The position numbers and the translations under genes were made by a program. A DNA stretch of 63,658 bases, counting the filler, from Choristocarpus tenellus KU-1152 (lineage: Eukaryota > Protista > Phaeophyceae): assembly GCA_964200185.2 (NCBI GenBank). It is 11 parts of 11 records of this genome, joined end to end, with 100 filler letters (N's around TTAATTAATTAA, not from the genome) between each part and the next. Parts side by side here need not be neighbours in the genome. Positions count along the whole stretch, not along the records: positions 28,890 to 46,911 come from CAXNAD020000589.1; 10 more parts are not named here. One strand, given 5' to 3'. Below the pieces are notes generated by a model that worked only from the letters and a program-made list of their open reading frames with translations, ran no database searches and was not told the origin of the DNA. This document shows, piece by piece, positions 34,401 to 47,011 of this stretch (its first letter is position 1; every line of letters starts with the position of its first letter).

Positions 34401-37400
34401 CTAACTGTTCTTTCTGTGATTTGCCATCATCCGTAAGTTATTGCTACTTCGAGCATATATAGTTATATTCACCTCAAAGTACGTAAAACAGCATTTCGTT
34501 CTTTTTCGAATTATATCCAGTTGTTCATTGAAACGTGTTACTTCCAACGAGGTGACAAGAGCATCTATCTCCATTTTTTTTCCTTGAAGGACATCAATTT
34601 GTAAAATAAAACGTTAGTAGTAGGCATAGTACGATAATGTGACGGACAGGTCCCTTTGGGAGCTGATCTCAGTCCAAATACGCATCCGCGCGCACACACA
34701 AGTGCATTGTGCGCACATTTCTTTGTCATTGGTGACTCTCCCGCCAATATCAAACACAGAAAGTTTGAGAACCTTCAGACCACTTACGGTTAATTAAACA
34801 TTTGCAAAGATGTGATATCACCCGTCAGATCTGAGACACCATTAAAAATGTTCCTAAGATTTGATAACTGAGGGACCTTCGGGTTTGCTGGAAGCACCCC
34901 ACCATGACACAACTGGTGATTCTGAACACCCCCCACGACTCATTGGACCCTGCCTCACGACAATAATAGTGATACCTCAAAGTGACCACAAACACACAAT
35001 CAGCATGTGGTGGTTAATCTTCAATAATGTGGTATAATTAATTTTCGATTCATACCAGACCTTGTTCTCTCCTGTTTCCGGTCTCACTTTTTCGGACTTT
35101 TAATTATGATTGCGTACTACTCAGTCTATCGTTACGAACTTTTGGAGATGTGCCAGGAAGGGAAAACCAACATCATAACTAGTACTTCGAAATATTAGAT
35201 GGACATTTCTGAAAACGTGAATGTCTAAGGAATCACTTCCGACCAGACCGATGAGACATAGGGTACTATGTGTCAACGTTCTATGAAACATGTGTACATT
35301 TCGAAGCGATACTTCGACGAAGCATTTAAGTGGTAGCACAGAGTAGTATATAGGTCTATCTAATAATAGTATATTCCCTACATAGTATAATATCTGGTGG
35401 ACATACATGTCCCATTGGTTCCACCCATGGCGGCCCATGCCCCAGCTGTTGCTGTAAGGTCCAGCGATCAATCCATGCAATAAACAGTTTTCTGTTTGTA
35501 ACAATAATATTTGGTCATGATGAAGAGAAGAGGAAACGATAAACGTTACTGCTTCTTGCCATCTCGCATATATAAGTATATTGTATACTCTGGACTACTA
35601 CGTGCCATGTCGCTTCAGAAGTATTATAGTTTACATAGTAGGAATAATGGAATACATTGAAGTGAGCACACACAGGAAAACAGCGAGCGGTATCGCATTG
35701 CACGTCTTATCTCAAGTCGTCGTATTCATATTACATTCCAGAGTAGTTTTAGTTCCTACGTCGATCCGATGTTGCTCAAGATTAACTCAGTAGTAGTTAT
35801 TATTGTTCTTGTGCTCCTACATGATAACCTACGTTCCTAAGTTATTTAGAGGTAAGGGCTTGAATCTATAACTCTTCTGCATGCTTTTTGTTTTCTTTTC
35901 AGAAAAATAAACCCATACCATTCATAAAACCACACCTACTTCGAGTAGTTGGTAACTGGTTTGTTGGAGCTCTTCTCTGGTCTTCAGTGGGTCTTGACTC
36001 GATACCTGGAATGAGTGATGACAAGACAAAGGTAGACCTAGCTCTAATTCGCATTACTTCAATTGTCAGGCAACATTATTTAACTACTGAGACGTCGAAG
36101 CAAGAGGTGCACCCTGCCCACTTAATTCCTAGCCCACAAACACATACAACAATCATATCGTGTGGTAAAACATGACAACAACCAACAAGTCCTTAATGAC
36201 CATAACAGCAGCACCGCTACACCAATCGCTCCGCTTCCCTACTTGTCCCTTCTAGTCAAATCCCTGCATGAATCATGCTGAAGGGGGAAGACATAATAAG
36301 AACCGAGTAAAAAAATACAGTATCCTGCAGCGTCACTACGTACTATTACTACTGCTGGTGGTGCTATTGTATGCATAGTTTGCTTGTCTGTATAGTGCAT
36401 GAACTGCTTAGCTGGCTCCTTGCTTCTAGTGTACTTAATACTGAAGTAACAATACGACGAGTAGTTTCAGTTGGTTTTGTCACAATAGACCTCTAAGCTT
36501 CTTACTTTATGATGTATTAGACATGGTGTGACTGCTGTTTGAAATCGAAATAACACTAGAGATGGTTGGCCGATATTTAAGTGGGCACATAATATCACAG
36601 GGGAAAACAAAATCAGACAACACAACAAAGAACCAATAAAGTAGGGTGAAAGGGATGAAGGCTGAAGTTGAAGGATCAATATTGTTAAGTTTTAAAATCA
36701 GATATGGATGTTGAGTCTTACATAGACCAAGGAATGCATCTACACGTAGTACCTGTATTGCAAAGCATTAAATTGAATTGCAGGGTTGAATGTTTTTCTA
36801 CTTTTCCGACTACTGTTGCTGCTACATGTTATGGAATTTGATACCTGCTCTTGTTTTCCGAATCTGCTATGACTACTAGTTTTGCTGCTGTTGTCATTGT
36901 ACGGAGAGAATTTTCCTGAGTAATACAGATACTCTGTTGTTAATTGCTGTGTTTTGGGGGTTCTCTGCCTTGCATGTTGCTTCTTTTCCCATGGATAACA
37001 CCGATCTGATCTATCTGCAAAGTGGTAGTGGTCATACAACATATGAGTGCACATGCTTATGTACACAAAACAGAATACATTACAAAACTTTTACTACTAA
37101 CTATTACTACTACTATTATTGCTGCTGCTGCTGCTGCTACCGATACTATAGGCGCTTGTAGTCCCTGTACTGTTACCATCTTTGTAGAGTAGTACTGATC
37201 TTCATTGTGTTGTGAAACAGGTGGAAACTGGCAGATAGGTTGTTCAGACTGACAGGGAACGGGAAGACCTACAGGAGGAATGGAAGGGAGAGAGGCAAGA
37301 CAGGACGAGATGCAAACCTCAGAAGGTTGTCATTCAGGAAAGGAGTGACAAGGAAATTGAATGAGTGGGGCTTGTATGGTCCACTCAAAAACTTGAAATC

Positions 37401-37654
37401 GATGTCATTAGGAAGCATGATGTGGTCATGTGAGGAAACAGACTCTGGTATACCTTCTAAGGGAACGATAATTTAAAGGTATAACTTAGGATGAAGGTGG
37501 TATATCACATAGAGGAAGTATTGATTGTGGTAAAAGAAAGAAAAAATATAATAATAACCCCAAACAGAACTAACTTTCCGCAAAATTCTATCGTCATATC
37601 AGCACAACAGTCGGTAGTGTTGATAGTATAGCTGAACGTTACGTTTGCTGAAGG

Positions 37655-38110
37655 GCAGGCAGCATCTCACCTGCCACACTCATCTACCAGCAATGGTGTA
37701 GCTGCTGCTGCAGCTGAGGTGCGAAAGCGCACCCACTACAAGGTCTCTTTTGATCCTCGTAGCTGTAACCTCAACACCTTCACGGCGGAAAGTTTTGGGC
37801 GCCTCCATAACGAAGCGAAAAATTTCCTGGATGAGCTACCTACCACGTATTAAGGGGGAAAGGAACCGGAGACTATGGCAAGAAGGGGGTGGTCAAATCC
37901 TGCCTATGACAAATAGTCTCCGTAACAACGCAGGTGGCCCTGTCTAGACGTGCCATGCGTTTTAAGCTGGAGTCACCAGGGAGATGGGCAAGGAGGGGCT
38001 AGTTAGATTGTTGGGATGCTTCCCCAACTCGTCACCCCGGTGCATAGGAATACCTAGGTTGGAGGCACAGGAAGGCTGTGGTATAGCATACCTGGTAGTA
38101 AAATAGCAAA
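37655..38110 (+). mobile_element. 3' fragment of an RLE-type (restriction-like endonuclease; CRE-like) non-LTR retrotransposon
   Basis: NGVAAAAAEVRKRTHY..SFDPRSCNLNTFTAESFGRLHNEAKNFLDEL, then after a frameshift QIVSVTTQVALSRR: typical K..HY / F..ESFGRL end of an RLE domain. Confidence 0.75.
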
Positions 38111-38439
38111 TTGATGTTTTTCACATTTATGACAACTGTTACTTCTTTCGGGATTTTTCTGACATGTAAATAGTTTTCATTGGTTTTTCTTCTGACACGT
38201 CTACAAAATGTCAGAGGGCATAATAATGTAATATATAGTATGAAACTTGGTAATAGAGCGTTTGCGCAAAATGAAATTCACTATCGAAAAGCTTTATCTA
38301 TCGCCCCATGTTCTCCTGGTAGTGTTTTTCATTGCCAAATGTGATGAAATTTCTCATTTCTAGTTCGAAACAATAGTGAAAAGCATTATGGCCTCGGCAA
38401 GACCCTCAGGGAAAAACTCAAAGGTTTGATGATCTCATA

Positions 38440-40185
38440 AGGTGGTACCAGTAGCTTCACCCTCGGTGGTAATCTTGCTTTTTTCACTGGAACGCCACAT
38501 CAGTATACAACGATGTATATATAAAATGAAAAGGTACGACAAGAGCTTTGAAGGTTTGCATCCACGAATGTCCAGGCTTGGGGGAACGGGAGCCATGTCC
38601 CGATCAAAGAATGGCAAAAACGCGGGGGAATATCTCTGACGCAATTTTAAAGATCACGACTTGAAAACGGACAAAAATTAAGTGGTTGGCTGAACCCCTT
38701 GCAAAAAACTGGTCCAGGATACATCACTGTCCAAGTTTGGCCGGTGTGGCGATACCGAGAAAAAAACTCAAGATTTCCGGACATCTTTTTAATGCCTTTT
38801 GCAGACTTTCTGTGAGCACACACGCGCGTGACTTACACAGCAACATGAACCACAATGGTGAGACAAAGAGAGCTGCCGAGGCCACTCTGCCCCCTGGATC
38901 TACCCTCAGCACCTTCTCTGTAGAGAGGCGATGGAAAAGGAAGTACCGTGTGACACTCAGTGCGATGTTAGGTGACGAAAAAGTGCGAGTAGTGTGGCAT
39001 AGGAGCATAATCAAATCGCGAAATGGATCATGGGGCCGCGACGCTGACGCAGAGAGAAGATGCATTGGAAGCATTACCGTACAAACGTGGTTGGATCTTC
39101 AACCACGTCGGAGCACTGCTCTGCAGTCTCTACCACCTCAGGAAAGCAGGAAAAGAGCAGCGAGTCCATCACCAGGTGGTACAGTGACGAAGTCTGTGCG
39201 GAAGCCTCGTCATGGAAGGCGAAGGGAGAACCAGTGTCGCCACCCGAAGGGAAGATCAGGGAGGAGAGCAGTGTGACTGCGTGCCATTGCTCTCAAGAAA
39301 CGCCTAAGCGAAAACGCGGGTGTAGAATATCTTAGTAGTCGACAGTTGCAGCAGGCCCTGGCTGTCTGAAAGCTGTGCGAGTCAGAGTGGCTTAAGGAAA
39401 CGAGAAAGAAGGTGTCAGGGTTGGGCTACAAGGGCTCTGAAGCCCAAAAGAAGGTCGAAAGGGCTCGCAAGGTGGAGGAGAAAGCGATCGTAACAAAGGC
39501 AGCTGTGGGGGCAAAGGCTTTCTCCCAGCCTGCATTCATTTGAGAAATCAACACAATTTTCGACAACTCAAGCCTGTCCTCCCACGCCCTTGCGTCTTGA
39601 TAATAAAATATCACCTGCACAGGAAACACTGACAACACCCATTTCCAGCGCTCAACAGGTAAATGTGATAGTTAAGACTCTAACACTGCGAATCCTGTGC
39701 GTGTGTGTGAATGATGGGAAAGACCGTCAAACAACCCTCGAGATGGCAGAGCAGGATATGCGATGGTCAGGGCGGAAACTGTGAGAAAATGGGAAATAGA
39801 CTTCCTAACTAAGGGCCACATCAAGGTGTCGGAGCAAGGGCGCTATGAGAGGCGTTTCGTCCTCGGCTTCGAAGAAGACATCCTTCCCGAGGTCAAAGAG
39901 TGGGTGCGCGAACACACAGGAAGAAAGGGCGGGGAGGCCCTAAACCCAGTACTTTAATCAAGTAATAGTGCATCTGTTCTCACTCTCTGACCTACAATCC
40001 TGGGTTCGAACCCCAGTATGAGCACTCTTTCTTCAAAAAAAGAAAAAAAATGGCAAAAAATATCGAAGCCCGTACACTAGAGGGCCTTGTGACGGGCATC
40101 ACGAATATGCTTTTATTTTTGTTCGATACCTCCATCAAAAGTTCTGACGGGACAACCCCGGAGGGCGAAGCTACTGGTACCACTA
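38440..40185 (+). mobile_element. TIR DNA transposon, internally deleted (Tc1/mariner-like, TA-flanked)
   Basis: TIR GTGGTACCAGTAGCTTCrCCCTC at 38442 and inverted ending 40183, TA outside both ends. Transposase-like remnant VRKWEIDFLTKGHIKVSEQGRYERRFVLGFEEDILPEVKEWVREH (39763-39957). A second partial copy lies at 60946-61220. Confidence 0.8.
39949..40025 (+). pseudogene. tRNA-like (tRNA-derived) segment inside the transposon
   Basis: Perfect T-arm CTGGG-TTCGAAC-CCCAG, weak A-box-like TAATCAAGTAA, and partially pairing ends GTACTT/GAGCAC. No good anticodon arm. Confidence 0.45.
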
Positions 40186-41680
40186 TATAGGAATTACCCA
40201 ACAATTCGCATTTGTTTTAGCCAACCAAAATGCTACAAAAGCTGCATTGTACAAGGACAAGACTCACAGTGCTTTGGATACCATGGGAGATGCGCGAGTT
40301 ATGCTTGCTAGCATGTTACACCCTTTCGCTGGCTCAGCCGAGACCCCGATCGTTAGGCAGGAACTAGGACTACCTCACCAGAACAGGACGTCCATGCACG
40401 ATGAGGTATCAAGCCAAACTTCGCTGCCACACTAAGAGGTTGTCAACACTCTACTGGCAACCCTCGCACCGATGCTTCAACCTGTTTTAACCCAGAACTC
40501 CTCGCCCACTGGTCTGTGCTGCCTTAAACAAACAACCTGCTTCGGTCCCTGCGAAATACAGACCTCGTTCGTTTCAAAAAGCAATGCATCAAAACCCGTT
40601 CGACAAGTCACATCCGTTCCCCAGCCTGTTGTGCTTCAATCCCCATTTGCTTTAGCCACAGACAGGGCGAGCGATAGAAGTCGACACCATTTGGACAAAG
40701 ACCTATCTCCATCGCTCAATCCACTGAGGAATGTCCAGAGAAGGGTCGAAATAGACGGAAGCTAGCACGGGCTACGGCAGACTGCTCTTTCGTCAAGGGG
40801 CGCCCACTAAGGTTGTTAAAGATGGTTTGAATTTGCCCATCACCTTCAAGTAGTGGCGTTTCTTGTTTATTGTATTTTTTCTTTTTGATAGTGAATTTCA
40901 CTTTGCGCAATCTGATTATCGTAGTTATTTTCTTATTGCGGTTATAGACAAAATACCATTGTGTATTTCATTTTGCGCGAACACTCTAATCATGAAATTT
41001 TCTTGCAAGAGAAAAAAGTAAAAATAATAAATCCGAATTTGTATATATTAACCTCAAATACATGGTACAAATATATCATTTATTATTATTCTACATCAAT
41101 AACCAATCCATTTCAATCAAAATCTACATCTCTCTTACCTCCATCTTTCACCAACAGATTAATTAATATGTTGTACTGAGAACTGAGAATGAAGTCAATG
41201 TTGAAAGGTCCAGATTTGTTGGGTCTATCTATTCATCAACATATCAGGACAACCCAATAAGAATCCCAGTTGATGTATCACGTCACACAAAAACTCAAAT
41301 CCATTCCCCTCAACAATAACTATCTCACCAATTTTACGAAGTGAACAGAGGTAAGGAACATGAAGCAGAGACAACTCAAACAGAGGACATCACACGGTTA
41401 GCAGAGGAGGTCACAGGTATATATACCTGCCATGTCATCAGGTAAATGTGGCTACAGGCCTATACAGATCATGGTGGACTCTACCGTAGACGGATTAAGT
41501 ACATGGTTCGCGTCATTGCAATGTGTATTGAGACTGTCCCTTGCACTGATTGCGTAGTAGTAGTTCTCTCCCTTATCGACCTTGACTTGCGGGTGGGGTA
41601 TTGACGTCAAATAGCGACCTGACAGAGACTACAAAAAGTCTCGAATTCTTGACCTCGTCGAACGATTCACGTGTTATCAG

Positions 41681-44600
41681 GTGATAAGACTTCCACTACA
41701 GCCTCAACGGAATGGAATGCACATGATAACAGTGCCAACATGTTGGACTCCCCTGTCGGAAGATCCAAAGAAGATTTAATCAAGGAAGCTGAAGCCAACT
41801 TCAAAGCTCTCCAGAGCAAACGCAACAGCTTGTGCGATGAGATTGAGGTTGAGGCGAACGCTTTCCTCAACTCTGATTGTGGTACGCATCAGATGAAGAA
41901 GGACTTCCACGTTCTCTACAATCAGCTGAAGTTTCAGGTAGTGACCCACCAATTCAAAGGATATATTTCACTTAATACTCCAACATATACTAGAGCTAGA
42001 GCTACCAAATGAAATAAACATGAAATTCTCGAACCTTGACAGGTGGCACGAGGTGAAAATCCTCATGTCTTTGTCTGAGAGATGGTAAGAGTTCACCATC
42101 CATTAACATTGCACTGTGCCCATCGGTATCGACTCCTTTTCTGCTCCCTCTTGTGATGATCAACTTCTTCTGGTGCACAAACGGGCCTAGGTATCTCCTG
42201 TGTTGTGTATCATTTGATGCGGAAGAAGGGGGAGGTGTTTGCTTGAAGTGTTCCGATTCCAATGAGCCCTACTCTACATCCGATTTTTCGTATTATTCCT
42301 GAAGCATAGAAAAAAATACAACACTTCCCCTTCTCATTTTTACCAGCCAATTGTGTCAGACCGCATTATCTCGGTTGACAAATCCTCTGTCGCGTACACT
42401 CCCCTTGGATAAATAATCTTCCATAAAATATTAACCATGGAACTAATAGCAGTATATGTGCCTACATCGTTTCACTCGCCTGCAGTACTTCGGAGCAACT
42501 GGATCGACAATCCATGAGTTGATAGGACTATGCATCACAATGAATGCGTCACAATGTATGCTCCAAGAAGACTTCCAACTCTCTTCACACCCTGTGCCTC
42601 CTGACAATATTCTTGTCCTCTACAGATCCTTTTCCACCTCCGCCACCTGCACTCACCTCCTCTCCTCACAGATAAGACAGAACTCCGGAGTACGAAGTAT
42701 GCACAAATTTCTTTGCCGTATGCTACTACTATACACTATTATGATATGGGCATTCAAAAATCCATTCAAGTGCCGAATATAAATAGTGGGTTGGCATCAA
42801 TTTCTCCGTATCAGAAAAAATATATGTTATCAATCATGCACCAGATATGCGGGGGTGAGGGGAGGGTAGCACTGGATTATTGAGGTTGCATGAGATTTAT
42901 GACTCTCAATCTGCTTGATCCACATGAGGTGACTGTTGAGAAAATCATGTGTCACAATGCATGCTCCAAGTTGACCTTCAGCCCTTTTCACATCCTCTGC
43001 CTCTTGGCAATCTTATGGGCCTCCACAGATCCATTTTCACCTCCACCACTCATACTCACTCCTGCAGGCTAAGCTGACTGCACTGACAATAGTGGAGGTA
43101 ATTTTTAGCCCCTTTTATGGTTCGTGTGTACAGTCAAGTGAACAATCGTTGTGGTATGCATTGTGTATTCACCAAAACATTTTTTTTTCTCTGCTCTCGT
43201 TGGTAAATTGAATCTTTGTATTGCATACTGCTTTAGCAGCATTGTTTGTTTCTCCCTCTTTTCATGTTGGAGACGGATTGTCATGTATGCTGTTGAGAAC
43301 TGCCTAGCAATGTTGCTTGTCCTGCAGCTTGTCCGTTCCACCATGTGCTCTACTGAATTCTCAATGATATACAGAAGGCACACTGTGAACCCTCTATCTT
43401 AAAAAGAGAAAACCCCTGAACTGTTTTTTTGTGCAGGAGGTGATTGGTGATATCTGGGAGGATCGCAAAGTCCACTCACTCATTATCATGGAGACTGAGA
43501 ACAGGATGCTAGACGCTACTCTTAGGCAAGGAGGTGTTTGGCATAATATTCTTACAGCTTCTTACTTGTTGCTCACCATGGGACAGCAGAAGATAGTATT
43601 CATGCCTATTATGCCCCAAATGTAGTATGAGTAGAGAGGATGTTCCTTGTGTTTTGAGTTCAAAACAAATCGCCCAACATGTCCTCTACACTGCACTATG
43701 CTTCAGTATTTGTCTCTGATCAAAACAGTCTTCCCTGAATAATTGATAACTCTGCATAGGACCTCACACCATCAATTGTGAAGACATCGTTTTCAATATG
43801 CAAAACCATAGTTCTTGTTTTCACTGATCTCTGTGCGACTTGGTTCAGATTGCTGCAATATGGCCTTGAGGCGATTAAATCTTTTACCAAAATCAGTGGA
43901 AATGATGGAGGTGGAGAAGCTAAATTAGATTTTGAAAGAGCAGGCTTCAGGACAAAACTACTATCACCGGAGAGCAATGCAAGCGACAGGAGCGTTCTAA
44001 GAGAATCTAAGGCTACCAGTATGATTTCAAGAAGACGAACAAGGCAAAGGCCACTTCCACCAGCTGCAATCAGGCAGATGCGGTTAGTGATGCCAACTGC
44101 TAAGTGGACTGAAGAGCGAGATGGGAAAAGTAAAAACAATTACAATTTTGATGGGAAAGGGGAGGTTGCACAAATAGTATGCATATCATATCAGGCAGAT
44201 TTGGTAGGCATACGTTTCTTCTTGTATTGCTGTTTTGTATTGTTTTCCTCATCCTTCGATGTTAATATTATATACCCAATCATAAGCAGACAAACAGTAC
44301 CGGTGTCATCACCACAACATTCACAAGAGTCTGATGCTACATTCTTGTTTGTACCAATCTTTACATTGTGGTCTGTATGCAATCGGCTTGTGGGGTTATT
44401 ATGAGAAGAACACCTATGATACAGTGGGTTGCATGTTATAGGGGCTGTGAAACAGTGGTGATCCAGAGTACAACTAGGTCTGAAAAACTATTTCAGGTTG
44501 CTGTAGCGAGAGTTGTGACTCCCTTGCAATATGTACTAGCATTTTCCACAGGTCCACAAGTTTTAGGTAGTGCTACTTTTTTAACATTCCCCCTTTCTCC

Positions 44601-45953
44601 AAAGGTATTGCAATTACCCCTCACTCAACACTCTGGGTCAGGTCATGGCTGAGCAAGCATTGGGATAACCCCTTTCCCACCAAGGAGCAGAAGGAGCAGG
44701 TTTCCCGTCGTCACAACATTACAATCAAGCAGGTGTATGCAATGGTTGTCGAATTTAAAGGGAGAGACTTCTGTGGTATACTGCCTAGATGATGTGTGTT
44801 ATAAGTCATTATTAACTTGTAACATGATACGCATTTTTCTCAATACTGTCTCATTCATTCATATTTCGTTCAAGTTGTGTCTTGCAGGTTCTTCTAGACT
44901 GTAATATATTGGCAAAGAGTTGTAGCACTTGGTGTCTCCAATAGTGGCATCCATAACAACCTCTCCACAAATGAAACAATCAGTACGAAATTAGGCTTTG
45001 AATATATGCTCTCAAACATTAAGAAATACAGATGGAATTACAGGTGTATGTTGTCTGGCCTTCGGAACTAACAACACCATTCTAGTTGTATGTTTTTTGG
45101 TCCTACTTTGTTGATCGACAAGTAGTACATTAGTACCACATGAATTGGATGATTTTATCATCTTTATAGTATTGATCTGTCTTATCATGTCCACAACATA
45201 TCCTTGTTGACCCTCTCCCTTCATGGTCTTCCCAAACACCCACCCTATCACACTACGGGTGGTCATCTCACAGGTGGAAACGTGGTTCTGCAACAATCGA
45301 AATCGAAAGTGGCGACCAGCCATGCGCAGTGCCCATGAGCACCTTGAGGTGATGCTCGCTGTACCATGAAATATTGAGTACCGATAAGGCAATTACTTCA
45401 GATTATCACTTACAGTTCACTTACACTATAAACGTCCATTGGTGTGGTGAACGGGAGGAGGGAAGTGGGCAACCAATATCCCCAACATCTTGTATCTCCT
45501 ACTCATACTCTAAATGATATGTATCAGAACAAGCTAGTGCCCAGAGTGTCCGTTGAACAAAACAGTGAGTTGATTTCCCACGGTAGTACTATTGTCTGTC
45601 ATCAAGAGTTTCAGTTATACAATCTGCAATCCGATTTGTTTTATATACATTCATCTTCATTATTCACACACTATATTGGTATAGTAGGACTTCAAAAAAG
45701 AAATGTTTACATCAAGAAAAGGACCAATATGCAACAACTGTAGGTAGTTCCATTGCAACGGCTCTATGAAGCAAGAATTTTTGTCACTAACCATGGCATT
45801 GTAATTTGTTGAAGTTAATATTGGCACTAACATGACTGTCCCGTTTCATTCCTCCCTGTGCTTGTGTTCTTGCTCCTCTGTCAGAAGACTGGGTCCTACT
45901 CTGCTTATCCCAAGCTCCTCACGCACACAGGGAAGGACAGCGTCTACAACCAG
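41681..45953 (+). CDS. TALE-class homeodomain transcription factor; exons 41681-41937, 42486-42555, 42672-42717, 43849-44082, 44642-44732, 45274-45348, 45885-45953 (5' and 3' ends unresolved)
   Basis: All joins are GT-AG and phase-compatible (0,1,2,2,0,0). Spliced homeodomain: RRRTRQRPLPPAAIRQMRSWLSKHWDNPFPTKEQKEQVSRRHNITIKQ|VETWFCNNRNRKWRP, with the TALE H..NP(Y/F)P loop and WFxNxRxR helix 3. Confidence 0.9.
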
Positions 45954-46321
45954 GTGAAGGGTACAACTTCCCCACCTGCTAATTCCCTAGTTGGATCTTG
46001 TCATCTTGTGGCCTTCGCAAAATCCCATGAGCTTACCCTTAGTCTAACTTCAGATCTGATCCCACAGGTGACTCCAAATAAATATAGAGAAGTTCAGCAC
46101 AGATGAATGTAGGTCAGTCAGAGGTCCTATTTTCTTGTGAATCACAAACAAAGGGGGGAGAGGCTAGCTGTAAATTCACAGGAGTATTCTTTCAGTAGTG
46201 TCATATGGTGCTCTAATTACCTCTTTTGTGAGAAGACGATCATTTGATTTTAGTTTATGCATTTGAGATTCGAACATAGACAAAAGAGTGATCAGTCTTC
46301 ACGGTTCTTAAGATAGCAAGA

Positions 46322-46580
46322 GAGCCAAAGTATCTTAGAGGGTAGAGTGGCGTCCATTTGGGGGCCAAAATCCAATGTTGCGATTTTGATGTAATTTTGG
46401 TTATTGTATTTGTTATGAAGTGTCAATGTCCTTGTTCCGGACATACCTTTTCATAACGTATACAGTTTACCTAATCCGAAACATTTTGGAGTAGGAAAAT
46501 GTAATAAAAAAACTTAAGGGAAGCCAAGCCCCAAATGAACAAATAGGGCAAAACTTCTACCTTCTAAGATACTTTCACTC
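46322..46580 (+). mobile_element. MITE family A
   Basis: GAGCCAAAGTATCTTAGAGGG...CTAAGATACTTTCACTC; TSD imperfect (aaga/agac). Confidence 0.9.
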
Positions 46581-47011
46581 AGACTGGCATCCCTGGCTTG
46601 ATGATGTAGTATATTTTCATTTCCACTAACAACCTAGAAAGAAAGGGAGTCCATATATTAGGTGGGTGTGATGATTGTGATTATAGTTGTTGGCAACACA
46701 ACAGCTGCAATAGAAACCCTCTTGTTCGTGTTGTCTAGTGTCATATATTTGTTTGGCTGGCCAACCAACTTGCCAATCAGTATATACAGTTTAAAGCCAT
46801 TGGAAGACCTTGATACCCATATCAGGCTCAAAGTATCTCGGGGGGGGGGGGTGGCGGCTGTCCATTTGAGGTTAAATTTTTCATGTCGCAATTTTTGGGT
46901 GATTTGGTTTGNNNNNNNNNNNNNNNNNNNNNNNNNNNNNNNNNNNNNNNNNNNNTTAATTAATTAANNNNNNNNNNNNNNNNNNNNNNNNNNNNNNNNN
47001 NNNNNNNNNNN

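Noticed and set aside
39949-40025. Functional tRNA gene
   Set aside because: Acceptor stem is mismatched, D and anticodon arms are not convincing, and the second copy has a broken T-stem. Kept only as tRNA-derived.
36012-41416. Exon-like segments (MSDDKTKVDL…, WKLADRLFRL…, …TRLAEEVT) as 5' exons of the TALE gene
   Set aside because: Only the donor at 41416 is phase-compatible with 41681. No continuous stop-free chain could be built further upstream.
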